Under the pieces are notes generated by a model. It was not told where the DNA came from, searched no databases, and saw only the letters and a list, made by a program, of their open reading frames with translations. From the NCBI RefSeq assembly GCF_009914755.1, contig NC_060947.1: a DNA stretch of 64,000 nucleotides; one strand, written 5' to 3'. The stretch's first letter is position 1. Each line of letters opens with the position of its first letter. Shown here in pieces: positions 1-28,890 of the stretch. The translations under genes and the position numbers were made by a program. Source of the stretch: the human T2T-CHM13v2.0 reference genome, Homo sapiens.

Positions 1-5137
<5,137 letters not shown>

Positions 5138-5164
5138 CATTTACTGTTCATTGTTGAAAATGAT

Positions 5165-5525
5165 TGATATGGTTTGGCTGTGTCCCCAGCCAAATCTCAG
5201 TTTGATCATAGTTCCCATGATCCCCATGTGTCATGGCAGGGACCCGGTGGGAGGTAATTGAATCAAGGGGTCGATTACCTCCATGCTGTTCTCGTGATAG
5301 TGAGTGAGTCTCACGAGATCTGATGGTTTTATAAAGGGCAGTTCCCCTGCACAGGCTCTCTTGCCTGTCACCATGTGAGACATGCCTTTGCTCCTCTTTC
5401 ACCTCTGCCATGATTATCAGGCCTCCCCAGCCATGTGGAACTGTGAGTCCTTTAAACCCCTTTTTCTTTATAAATTACCCAGTGTCGGATATGTCCTTAT
5501 AGCAGTGTGAGAACAGACTAATACA
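5165..5525 (+). mobile_element. THE1 solo LTR (ERVL-MaLR, THE1C-like)
   Basis: Starts TGATATGGTTTGGCTGTGTCCCC, contains CTCACGAGATCTGATGGTTTTATAA and CCAGCCATGTGGAACTGTGAGTCC, ends GACTAATACA; 361 bp. Confidence 0.93.
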
Positions 5526-5708
5526 ATGGAATATAAGCTGAATTTCAAAACCACATCTTTGAGAATTACTCATTCCCTGGGTGTCTCACTTGTATATATG
5601 AAATATACATGTAAATAAACTTATGTTTCTTTTTCTCCTGTTAATCTATCTCTTCTTACAAGGGTGTCTTTCAACTCAGAACATATGAGAGTTATTCTTC
5701 CCCTAACA
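5526..5708 (+). mobile_element. 3' part of an ERV1 LTR (MER34-like), apparently interrupted by the THE1 LTR
   Basis: TATAAG...AATAAACTTATGTTTCTTTTTCTCCTGTTAATCT...CTTCCCCTAACA resembles the remembered MER34-family LTR end. Confidence 0.55.
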
Positions 5709-5919
5709 TATACCATGTACTTTGTTAGGGGCTGGGGATCTAATGATGAGCAAAAAACACACACTCGACGTTTTTTTCATGGCACTTATGTACTAGAAAG
5801 AGAAAGAGGCATCATTAATTAATCATTGATTGCTGCTGCCCATGCTCATTTGAAAGTGTAAGACTTTGGTAGAACCCTTTGTTTGTGGCTTCTTTTAGGA
5901 GATGGAAATAAAACTAGAT

Positions 5920-6110
5920 TTACTGACAGCTTCTTTGTACCAGGCACTATACTAGGCCTCTTGCCTACAGTATCTCATTTATTTCTTGTAATAAACTTAC
6001 TAGGAAAGTATTATTTATTTCCACTCTTATAGATGAGTAAATGGAGGATCAGAGAAGTCTAGCAACCTACTCAAAGTCAGGCAGCAAGTAATCAGTAGAA
6101 CTGGAGTTTA
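5920..6110 (-). mobile_element. MIR SINE
   Basis: Reverse MIR core: TTATAGATGAGTAAATGGAGGATCAGAGAAG...CAAAGTCAGGCAGCAAGTAA. Confidence 0.7.
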
Positions 6111-7328
6111 TTTCTGGATTTCATTCCAGTACTTCTTACAGTACTTCTTACAGTACCTCTATAAAAAAAAAAAAAAAAAAACCTCTACCTCCAAAGTTAT
6201 GAAATGATTGCTAGCACACCATCACAATAGCTCAGATAATTAAATAATCTTGGATTCTCTTTACAGAAATTCTTATAATCTATATGATGAGTTCAGAATT
6301 TTATTCATTAAGATGAAACAAATTATACATTAGTAAAAATTTATTCATTGTCTTTTGACCCAAATTATCATCACAAGCTCACCTTTTAATGATAGCTTTT
6401 TATTGTCTACTCTTCAGTATTTTGGTTGAATCTTGATGAAAAGGTTAACATTATTCTCAAAATAAAGAGGTCTGAAGTAAAGGAAACCGGAAAAATGGAA
6501 AATTTTTTTTTCTTGAAATGAAAGCATTGGTTTCCCTATGGAATAGAATACTGTTTTGTAGTTTAGTTATGCCATTAGCCATTAAGCAGTGCTTCCCTGC
6601 TGTAAAAATATTCTTCCTAAGCAATGTAAGTCTAGCTGTTTCTAACTTTGTTATTCTAAATATGATTGACATAAACATTTATTAGCTTGTTATATGGTGA
6701 ACAAATAGGATTGCACAAAGATTGTCACTGTCTTAATTTTGGTTTTATATTTCCATTCATGTCTCCTCTTTTGCCTCCTCACCACCCCATCAGAATAGCT
6801 TTGTTTGGAAGCTCAACAGTGTCCACCAGTGGACAAACAAAAGTATAACTATGTGATTACAAAGGAAAACCTATTAGATTAAAAAAGTAAAGATTTTCTC
6901 CCGACTACTGTATATATATATATATAAAATCAAAATAACATTTATCCATAATATCCAGATTTTATAACAGATTAAAAATTAAGATTTGGGGAAAAACTTT
7001 CCATTCCACATTTGCTTAATGAAGAAACCCTAATTCTATGTAGAATTCAAGTAACAATATTAGACACTTTAAAAATTCTTAAATCTTTTGATTTTTCACT
7101 ATTTAAATACTGTTAAAAATCAAAAGTGTCCATATTTTTGAAAGCCCATATTGTCCTCAATCTTTGCTTGAAATTCCAACTCTTATAGAAATGTCTTAAA
7201 GACAGTGGAGGCCAAATGTATATTTGATCTCCACATTCACTAAAATGTCTGAGCCTGCAAAACAGCACATTCCTCCTTGTTAGGAGATAGTGCTTACCCT
7301 TTACTTGAAGACAATGCAGAGTTTTCTC

Positions 7329-7389
7329 TTTGTCTTCAAACTTTAGTTTGTATCAGAATCACCTGGAGAGCTTGATAAAAATGCAGAGG
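7329..7389. mobile_element. MER5A-like hAT MITE fragment
   Basis: CAAACTTTAGTTTGTATCAGAATCACCTGGAGAGCTTGATAAAAATGCAGA. Confidence 0.6.
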
Positions 7390-17562
<10,173 letters not shown>

Positions 17563-18439
17563 AGAGAGGAAATCAAGCAGAAGTTTATTAATCAGATAGG
17601 CCTAAGGAGGATAGTGTATGCTATTCTTGGCTCCATGGGGTTGTACTTGGGAATAGAATGAACAAGCAGGAGCTATGGGATGACTTCTGGCTCCCCTGGG
17701 AAGATGTGATTGACTTATTTGAATAATTTCCCATGCTGGAAGAGAGGTGAAGTCCATTAGTTTGAGACTGTTAGGGAAATCATCCAGGTGGGAAGCCTTT
17801 GCCACTGGGTGGGGGGTCACTGGTGAAAGCAGGAGAATTCATGGTTAGGACACTGGTGTTCTGTGAGGCTTGAAGATATGGAAGAAAGAAACACATGAAA
17901 TATTAGGCCTTACTACATAAAGACTTGTATTGTTACAGAAATCCAAGTAGTTATTATTTCCTCTATGAAAAAAGAAGAACTTCCCTAAAGCTTCTCTAAG
18001 GGTTCGCTCCCACTCTTCCCACCTATAGATGGGAATAGAAATTGAGAACCTTTCAGACTACATTTTAGGTACAAGTTTTAAAAATTTGCTAAGAGGGAAG
18101 ATCTAATGTTAAATGTTCTTATGATAATTAATCAATCAATCCAAAATAAATAAAATATCTATTTTGAAAGTCTAAGCTAAATTTTGTTCAATATTTTTTT
18201 CTCAACGAAGTTCTTCCCTCCCCCACCCCCAGTAAGAGTGGATATACAAAGTAGCTATTGTTATTGTTAAACTTGGTGTACCTCCTTTATTTTAATAGGC
18301 CTACCCAAACTCTTTCTTGCCTACCCTAATTACTACCACATAAGAATGGGCCTTCGTAGCACTTCTACTCTTCACAGTTGACTTGTACCAATTGTGCCTT
18401 CTGCTTCCTGACAGATTACTGAGCTGTATTATTATTAAT

Positions 18440-18590
18440 ATATAGTGAGAAAACTGAGGTTGGACATAATCATAATATCTACCTTGCAGAATTTTTATGG
18501 GGATTAAATAAAAATAATAATATCTGTAAAGTGCTTAGCACAGTGCTTGGTACATGGTGAGCAATTGTTAGCACTCATTATTATTAACAG
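18440..18590 (+). mobile_element. MIR 3' part
   Basis: GGGATTAAAT...TGTAAAGTGCTTAGCACAGTGCTTGGTACATGGTGAGC...TTATTATT. Confidence 0.65.
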
Positions 18591-19244
18591 TGTCCTTTTT
18601 TGACCTAAGTAACACAAAAATTGCTTTCTTTCCAGTTCCTTGCTCCACACCAAATCATGTCTTCTAGGTGTCCATAATGAGTTGAGGCTGTTTAAAATAA
18701 TACAGTCGGTTTAACTATGCTGCCCCTATTTTCCTTTCTGCATAAAAGTAGGAGAGCAGAGCTGAGAATGCTTCAGCCCTCGCCAGCACAGGGTAAACAG
18801 CTTTATCCCTCCTCCCTAAATTGAGGAAAGAGGGTCAGCACAAGTTTCAGAGTCTGTATTTTTCTTGGTCACTGCCATGTTCATCAGGCCAAGGATTCGA
18901 AGGCAGCTGCCAATTTATCCTCGTTGCTATGATGACAAGAATTCCTGGGGAATCTCATTCATAGAAAAATGTCCAAATTTCTTTCTCACAAGGGATAAGG
19001 CCAGTTGACCAGCCAGTGGTTTTGGGCCAAGACGAAAGCCCGAGAGCCTGATTAGGGTCTGGAACAGGGAAAGTCAGTGGTGTTATAACTACTGCAAAAA
19101 CATACAAAGAGTATCTCTTGGCCAGGCACACCAGAGAACAGATATAAATTCTCCTGTTCAAAGTGGCAGGTGTCAAATTGTAAACAGAGGAGGAAGCTGT
19201 CAGGACTGTCAACAAGCAGGGGACTGTTGACTATCAGTCAACAG

Positions 19245-19470
19245 GAAAAAAGGGACTGGAATTCCAGCTGTGCCACTTAAGAGCTGTGTGAATTTGCACA
19301 AGTCATTTACCTTTTCTGTGTTTCAGTTTCCTTATCTGTAAAATGAGAATAAAAGTATTATTTATCTCACAGGGTTATTCTGAGGTTATTACATGCAAAG
19401 CACTTAGAACAGTGCCTAGTACATATGAAGAACCATAAAAGTGTTTTCTCTTATTATTTTAATTATTATT
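19245..19470 (+). mobile_element. MIR SINE
   Basis: GCCACTTAAGAGCTGTGTGAATTTGCACAAGTCATTTACC...CAGTTTCCTTATCTGTAAAATGAGAATAA...AAAGCACTTAGAACAGTGCCT. Confidence 0.85.
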
Positions 19471-19479
19471 TTCAAGTTC

Positions 19480-19978
19480 AAATTCTTTAGTATGATACAT
19501 AGGGACTCTCAGATGAGGTCCTCTTGCCTACCTCCCCAGCTCACACCCTTTCCTAAATGCACACTCTCCCTATACATACTGTGATATATACAGATCCTAG
19601 AGCCCACCTGGCTGCTTTAAGGCTCCTGCCTCTGCCCACTCTGCTGCCTCTGCCAACAGAGTCTGTCATGTGAACTTCTACTCAACTTCCAAAACTTGCT
19701 TCCAAAAAGTCCTGCCTCTAAAATTTCACCTAAAATGTGCTGGCTCTTTTGTGTTGCTATTCCCTGCATGGACAGCTGTCAACATACATAAGACATTCTT
19801 TTGCCTGTCTTTGTGCACATATCCATCTATTCACTAAAATATGAATCATTTAGGAACAAGGTCAAAATTTGTCTCTGCATTGCAGTACTTAGCATGGTAC
19901 TTGGCACATATTAGATAATCAGTGCATGTGTATTAAATAAATGAATGAATGAGTGAATAAATGAAGGAGGGAATGAAT
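19480..19978 (+). mobile_element. L2 3' end relic
   Basis: Ends CATGGTACTTGGCACATA...AAATGAATGAATGAGTGAATAAATGAA, the typical L2 tail. Confidence 0.6.
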
Positions 19979-22900
19979 ATATATCATGGATGTGGCTAAG
20001 ATAGTGCTGAGATGACTGAATGAAAACTCTGTTCCTTTAATAGAGAATCTTAGTGGACATGGTCTTCCACAGGAAGATTTTCTTCTCTGCAGAAAGGGCT
20101 TGCCTCTATTGAGATAAGGAGAGAGCTCCTCAGACTCCTTCTTGATGATGCCTAGAGTAGCTGAGAGATCTTCAGGCTTCTAGAGTTTGTAGTGCCTGGA
20201 CAGGCTTGTAAAAATCTCATCCCACTGTCAGAGTGCCACATGCAGCAGCCAGCAGCTGCCAACGCACTGGCTGCCACCAATATTCCTGAACATCATGGGA
20301 TGTATTAAGTGACTGAATATCATGGGGCTGTTGTCATCATTAATCTTGCTCAGTGGCAGTATTTTTCTTGGATGAGATTTTTAATAAATTCAAGGTGAAA
20401 ATTTTTTTCATCCTTTTACTGAGGAAGAAAAAATATTTAGTATTTTTGTTGTATAAGGAACAGTGCCTAAGGCAGGTACGTATACTCCTGACCTCAGCAC
20501 CACTCACTCTGGTTTTATAAAGCTATAGGACACAGCAGAGTTGGAACTGAAAAGTAGGGTAGAAAATAACACATAAGTTGGAGGGGAACAGTGGGATGCA
20601 GAAAGAATGACAGCAGCCACATGTGTCCCACTCAAATACTTTTAGTCCCTGCAGCATAAGAAAGATGCCAACCAAGTCTCTACACTGGCTGGGGATCCTG
20701 CCATGGATGCAGGAGAAAATATTCAATCAAAGGGAGTAAGTGACAACTAAGAGAAAAGTCTGATCCACAGCTACACTGGAACAATCCAGAGAGAAGAAGG
20801 GGAGTACCAGATTTTGCTACTTGTGTCACACAAGCTAGAAACCCTACCTCTCCCATTGGGGAGGCAACATATATTTCACCCATTTCCTTGCCTTATCAAG
20901 ATGAAGTTTTATGTAAACTAGATAATAATCTGATTTGGGCCTATTCCTTAATGGATGGAACCAAAGTAACAGGTACATTCATATTGTTAGGTTTGTATCC
21001 TGTGCCATTTGAAGATTGTATTAGATTGCAAGCCAAGATGACCACCTAGACACAGCCAGGAAGAACATCTCCCACCGAGAGACTAAGCCATCTGGAAGAC
21101 TGGCACACACTGAGCAGATCTTCTGAGGGTAGGCCTTGAGAGTGATTGCAGGAAGACGCAGACCCTAGGCTAAATGGATAGGAAGCTGAGAATCCTACAC
21201 AGGGTTGCTAAGCACTGGAACACATTCCTGGCCCCCACCAGCTTCTAGGGAAAGGGTGAGTTAAACAAATGAGGAGTAGCCTGTTTTTATGACAGACCTC
21301 CAGAATCCTAGCTGCAGGAGACCCCACGACCCCTCTGGACAGTTGAGCTGGCAGAGAGAGCTGTTTGGAGAGGTGACAGGGAAAGGATTCCAGCCTGTGC
21401 AGAGCTCAGAGGGTTTGGCATGGGAATGGTTGCATTGGAGCACAGCCACGGACACCCATTCCCCCAAGGCTTGCCATGCTCCTGTAGGTGGCTTTGGCCT
21501 TTGGTGACTGTTGGACCTAGACAGAGCATGATGGTCTTGCCCATGGGATGGAGCCAGTCCATTCTGAGCAAACACCTCTCTGCCAACCTCTCCTGGAGCC
21601 CCAGCCTAGCCATGCCCACTTGTAGTGCAGCCTCAGATGCCCAACCAGATCACTTCCTAGGGGCCATCATTATAACTGCTTCACCAGCAGACTGCACATA
21701 ATTGTCAGAGAGCTCCAGCAGAATGGCCCCCGTTGATGCACACCCACTGACCCACAGCTTCCCCCAACTGCAGCCTTCCCCTGCCACTTGCTGGTGCACA
21801 CTCATCCATGGTGCACCTCCCCACTGCTTTACTGGCACCCACAACCACATCTGTCCCATCACTGGCATGAGCATGGATGCATGGATGCTGCTGCCTCACC
21901 CCTGCTGCTGTCCCATCCCCGCCAATGCATGTGCACCCTGCTGCATCATTACTGCTATTGGCACACACGTAGGAGCATGAATCCTGCTGTCACTGACCCA
22001 ACAAAGAGCTTTGACTGGCACCTCCCCACCACCACCATCAGAGTGTTGCTACCAGTGGATTGGGAACACCTCAGTCCCTGCAGTGCAGCAGGTTCCTAAC
22101 CTCAAGGGGCCAGAGATCAAAGCCCTGGGCCCATTACTAGTCCCCCAGGGTTACAACACATATTCCGGCAGTGATGAACTCAGGCTTGGCTTCTTGAAAT
22201 TTTACAGAAACAAAGCCAGTGTACTGAACTCATGTTATACCACAATAAAATATTGATGCCCACAAGGGCATCAAATAATATAAAAGTAAAATACCCTATC
22301 TAAAGGGCAGCAACTTCAATGATGAAAGGAACATCATTTCACACAGATGGAAAAGATCCAGGGAAAGAACTCTGGCAACTCAAAAGTCTAGAGTGTCTCC
22401 TTACCTCCTAATGACCATGCTAGTTCCCCATGCAATGGTTCTGAACCAGGCTGAAAGGGTGGAAATGACAGACATAGAATTCAGCATCTGTATAGGAACA
22501 AAGATCATTGAGATTCAAGAGAAAGTTGAAACCCAATCCCAATCCAGGAATCTAAGGAATCCAATAAGATAATACAAGAGCTGAAAGATGAGAGAGTCAT
22601 TTTAAGGAAGAACCAAATTGATCTGATAGAGGTTAAAAAAAAACTCACTACGATAATTTCATAATACAATCACAAGTATTAATAGCAGAATAGACCGAGC
22701 TGAGGAAAGACTCTCATAACTCATAGATAGATTTTTCAAATCAATGCAGTCAGACAAAAATAAAGAAAAAATAATAAAAATTAATGAAAAAACCTCCAAG
22801 AAATATGAAATTATATGAAGAGATGAAACCTATGACTCATTGGTGTCCCCGAAGACAGGGAGAGAAAGCAAGCAATGTGGAAAACATATTTGAGGATATT

Positions 22901-23757
22901 GACCCAAACATTTCTCCAAGCTCATTAGAGAGGGCAACACTCAAATTCAGGAAATGCAAAGAACCCCTGTGAGATACCATACAAGATGACAATTCCTGAG
23001 TTAAATAGTCACCAGACTCTCCAAGGTTGAAATGAAAGAAAAAATGTTAAAGGCAGCTAAAAAAAAAGGGCGGGGGAGCTCAGGTCACCGACAAAGGGAA
23101 GCCCATCAGGCTAACAGTAGTCCTTTCAGCAGAAACTCTACAAGCCAGAAGAGATTGGGGCTCTATTCAGCATTCTTAAGTAAGAGAAATTCCAGCCAAG
23201 AATATGATCCTTTTCAGACAAGCAAATTCTAAGGGATTCTCAGGAAAATCAAAGAAAAGAAAAAAAAATTGTACCAACAATACTCTTGGACCACAGTGCA
23301 ATAAAAACAGAAATCAATACTAAGAAGATCACTCAAAACCATACATTTACACAGAAATTAAACAATTTGCTCCTGAATGACTTTTGGGTAAACAATGACA
23401 TTAAGGCAGAAATCAAGAAAGTCTTTGAAACTAATGAAAACAAAGAGACAACTTACCAGAATCTCTGGGACACAGCTAAAGCAATGTTAAGAGGAAAGAT
23501 TATAGCACTAAACAACCACATCAAAAGTTAAAAAAATCTCAAGTTAACAACCTAACATCACACATAGAGAAACTAGAAAAACAAGAGCAAACCAACCCCA
23601 AAGCTAGCAGAAGATAAAAAATGAACAAAATCAGAGCTGAATGGAATGAAACTGAGATCAGAAAAACCGTACAAAAGATCAATGAAACCATAACTTGGTT
23701 CACTGAAAGAATAAATAAGATTGATAAACCACTAGCTAGAGTAATAAAGAAAAAAGA

Positions 23758-24086
<329 letters not shown>

Positions 24087-24584
24087 TCAGAAATGACAAA
24101 GAGGATTTACCATGGTCCCCACAGTAATACAAAAAACCCTCAGAGACTATTACACACACCTTTACGCACAGAAACTAGAAAACTTAGAAGAAATGGATAC
24201 ATTCCTGGAAACATACAAACTCCCAAGATTGAACCAGGAAGAAACTGAAATCCTGAACAGACCAATAATGAGTTCCAAAATAGATCCAGTTATAAAAGTC
24301 TTACCAACCAGAAAAATTCCTGAACCAGATGGATTCACAGCCAAATGCCAGATACATAAAGAAGAGTGGGTACAGTTTCTTCTGAAACTATTTGAAAAAA
24401 TTGGGGAGGAAACATTCCTCCTTAATGCATTCTATGAGGCTAGCATCATTCTGATACCAAAACCTGGCGGAGACACAACAAAAAAAGAAAACTTCGGGCC
24501 AATATCTTGATGAACGTAGATGCAAAATTCCTCACAAAACTCTAGAAAACTAAATCCAGCAGCACATCAAAAAGCTAATCCACC

Positions 24585-24922
<338 letters not shown>

Positions 24923-27299
24923 TCACCACCATCAAGTAGGCTTTATCACTGGGATGCAAGGTTAGTTCAACATATGCAAATCAATATATGTGAATCATCA
25001 CATAAACAGAAGAAAAAACAAAAACCACATGATCATCTCAATAAATGCAAAAGCCTTTTGAAAAAGTTTTAACAGCCCTTTATATTAAAAAACTTCAAGA
25101 AATTAGGCATTGAAGGGATATACCTCAAAATAGTAAGAGCCATCTCTGAGAAATTCACAGCCAACATCACACTGAATGGACAAAAGCCGGAAGCATTCCC
25201 CTTGAGAAATGGAAAATGACAAGGATGCCCACTCTCACCACTCCTATTCAACATAGTACTGGAAGTCCTTGCCAGAGCAATCAGGCAAGAGAAAGAAATA
25301 AAAGGCATCCAAACAGGAAGAGACAAAGTCAAACTATCTCTGTTTGCAGATGATATGATTCCATACCTAGAGAATGGCATGGTCTCTGCCCAAAAGTTCC
25401 TAGATTTGATAAACAACTTCAACGAAGTTTATGTACAAAAATTAGTAATATTTCTATACACCAACAATGTCCAAGCTGAGAGCCAAATCAAAAATGCAAT
25501 TCCATTCACAATATCCACAAAACAGATAAAATACCTAAGAATACAGCTAACCAGTGACATGTAAAATATCTACAAACAGAATTAGAAAACACTACTGAAA
25601 TAAGTCAGAGATGACACAAACGAATAAAAAAATTTCCATGCTCATGGATAGGAAGAATCAACATTGTTAAAATGTCCATTCTGCCCAAAGCAATTTACAG
25701 AATCAATGCTATTCTTATCAAACTAGCAACAAAGTTTTTCACAGAATTAGAAAAAAAAACTTTCTACAATTCATGTTGAACAAAAATAGAGCCCAAATAG
25801 CCAAAAGAATTCTAAGCAAAAAGAACAAAGCTGGAGACCTCACATTACTGGACTTCAAACTTATGCTACGAGGCTACAGTATCCAAAACAGCATGGTACT
25901 GCTACAAAAACAGACACATAGACCAATGAAACAGAATGAAGGGCTCAGAAATAAAACTACACACCTACAATCATCTGATCTTCAACAAAGTTGACAAAAA
26001 CAAGCAATGGGAAAAGGACTCCCCATTTAATAAATAGTGCTGGGATAACTGGTTAGCCATATGCAGAAAATTGAAACTGAACCCTTTCCTTTCAACATAT
26101 ACAAAAATCAACTCAAGATAAGGACTTAAATGCAAAACATAAAAACTATAAAAACCCTTGACTAAAACCTTTGAAATACCATTCTGAACATAGCCCCTGG
26201 CAAAGATTTCATGACAAGGATGCCAAAAGCAGTTACAACCAAACCAAAAATTAACAAATGGTACCTAATTAAACTAAAGAGCTTCTGCACAGTAAAAGAA
26301 ACTATTAACAGAGTAAACGGATAACCTAAAGAATGGGAGAAAATATTTGCAGACTATCCATCTGACAAAGGTCTAGTGTGCAGAATCTATAAGGAATTCA
26401 ATTGAATGAACAAGCAAAAAATAAACAACACCATAACAAAGTGGGCAAAGGGCATTAACAGACACTTTTTGAGAGAAGACATACAGTCGGTCAACAAGCA
26501 TATGAAAATATGCTCCACATCACTAAACATTAGAGAAATGCAAATCAAAGCCACAATGAGACACTTACTGCTTCACACCAGTCAGAATGGCTACCATTGA
26601 GCAGGCAAAAAATAACAGAGCTGGCAAAGTTGTGGAGAAAAGGGAATGCTCGTACACTGCTGGTATGAATGTAAATTAGTTCAGCCACTGTGTAAAGCAG
26701 TTTGATAATTTCTCAAAGAACTTGAAATAGAACTACCATTCTACCCAGCAATTTCATTATTAGGTGTATACTCAAAGGAATATAAATTGTTCTACCACAA
26801 AGACACATGCATGCGTATGTTCATCACAGCACTATTCACAATAGCAAAGACATGGAATCAACCTAAATGCCCACAAATGATAGACTACGTTAGGAAAATG
26901 TGGTACATATACTCAATAGAATACTACACAGCCATAAAAAGAATTAGATCATGTCCTTCGTAGCAATATGGATGGAGCTGGAGGCCATTATCTTAAGCAA
27001 GCAAACACAGAAGCAGAAAACCAAATACAAGTTCTCACTCATAAGTGGGAGCTAAACATTGAGTACACATGGACACAAAGAAGGGAACAATAGACACTAT
27101 AGCCTACTTGTGGGTGGAAGGTGGAAGGAGGGTGAAAACAACAAAAAAAAAACTACCTATCGGGCACCATGCTTATTACCTGCATGATGAAATAATCTGT
27201 ACAACAAACCCCCACGATACAAATTTACCTATGTAACACACTTGTACATGTACCCCTGAACCTAAAAGTTTTAAAAAGTAAATTAATTTAAAAAAATGT

Positions 27300-27750
27300 T
27301 GTATCATCTGGGAAACAAAGGACACAATGAAAGAGTTTAGTTGAAAATCATTGAATGAAGAGACTAGTTACAAATTTATGGTCAGGGTTAAGGAAACATC
27401 ACAGGATGCCAAAGCACTAGGAATCTGTAACCATGAGAAACCTTTCCTTCCCTAAGCCTGAAGGTGAAGGAAATGGAATTATGGGAATCTTGAGAGAGCT
27501 TGGAGCCACAGAAGAGAGGCTACCAGGCAGGATTTGTGGCCAATGATGAATATAGTCACTTCCAGAACCATGAGGGTAGGGGATAAGTGGCTGGCTTCCT
27601 TTTCCCTTCCACTCTTAGATCCTATTTTACTACTTACCATTGAACAAACTAAAACAAAAGCCAGGGGAAAAGGGAGCCCAAGATTTGCAACTGTGATCAG
27701 CCTCCAGGGCATAGAGCTGGATGTCCTAAGAATGGTGAGTATACAGGGAA
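27300..27750. mobile_element. Ancient LTR relic (LTR78/79-like)
   Basis: GAATGAAGAGACTAGTTACAAA...CAGGGTTAAGGAAAC...CCCTAAGCCTGAAGG resembles the remembered LTR78-family consensus. Confidence 0.4.
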
Positions 27751-27763
27751 AGGAACACTGAAG

Positions 27764-27950
27764 TAGAGTAGACAGATTTAGCAAATACAAATACAGGGCA
27801 TGCAGTTGAGTTTGAATTTCAGATAAGAATAAATTTTTAGTATAAGTGTGTATCAAATATTCCATGGAACATGCTTACACTAAGCAGTTTTCATTGTTTA
27901 TCTGATACTCAAATTTCATTCACTATGCTGTATTTTATCTGGCAACTCAG
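27764..27950. mobile_element. MER53 palindromic MITE
   Basis: CAGATTTAGCAAATACAAATACAGG...TTTGAATTTCAGATAA...TTTAGTATAAG...TTATCTGATACTCAAA...CTGTATTTTATCTGGCAAC; internal dyad symmetry. Confidence 0.85.
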
Positions 27951-28744
27951 CTAGAGAATAATCAGCACAGAGGTGTTTCTATTATTTGGGCTTGTGACTA
28001 GACCATGGCTTTATTACTTTAAACACTTCTGTGTGTATCTCAGCAAGAATGGAATTATGTTTTTCTATGTATCAGAAGAAATGATCTCTGACCCCTATCT
28101 GCATCTCATTCCCAGATAAGCTCACTGGATCAATTGAGGTGAATGGCAGCCTCTCAGAAGTAACTTGCTAGATTTCAGTGGGTATGAGTAGGATGCCACA
28201 TGCATGGCATTTCAGCCAAACAGCGAATAGGTGGCAGTCTTCATCAATTTATCAAAGGGAATAACATTTTCTCTTTGAAAATAAAACAGTGACAATATAG
28301 GAAAAAAAAACATGTAGATAGCTGAATATTATAGAAGACATTTTGATTAATTTTGATATGATTCAGGATTGAAACATAGTACTATAGTGAGATTTCATTT
28401 GTGTTTTAATGAGTTTTTTCCCTTTTCTGAGTTATTTTAAAAATTAGAATCAAATTTATTCTTGAACTTCCAAGAAGTTGTGCTTAAAACCGTAGGATAG
28501 TGGTGAGCCATTGGTAGAAGAACTGTGTGCTTGACCCTGCAGGGTAACTTCACCCTGGCTTCACAATAGGGCAGAGTGGCAAAGGAGAGGAAGCCTGGCC
28601 AATCATGTGTAATTCACTCAATAAATATAAGTGCCTGCCACGGCCAGGCATTGAACCGGGTATGTGGGATGCATAGGAGAATCAGGCGCAGTAACTTTCA
28701 TCAGGAAGTTTACAATATTATGTGAGAAAGTGGCATTGATTAAG

Positions 28745-28890
28745 CTAGCAGCTGCCGTACATGTATTATTTCATTTAATCTTCACAGCAATCCTGTGGGT
28801 AGATGTTATGATTGTCCCATTTTTCAAATTAGAACACTGAGGTTAAAAGAGGTTAAGTGACTTGTCTAAGCTCACACAGCTAGCCAGTGA
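28745..28890 (-). mobile_element. MIR SINE
   Basis: TTTCATTTAATCTTCACAGCAATCCTGTG...CCCATTTT...ACTGAGGTTAAAAGAGGTTAAGTGACTTGTCTAAGCTCACACAGCTAG. Confidence 0.85.

Noticed and set aside
6821-6836. TGTCCAC-CA-GTGGACA palindrome / CTCF-like motif
   Set aside because: 7-bp arms are expected by chance in 64 kb and the CTCF match is poor
21261-22256. Cluster of overlapping 70-104 aa ORFs on both strands
   Set aside because: They lie in the GC-richer L1 5'UTR, where stop codons are rarer; no recognisable protein
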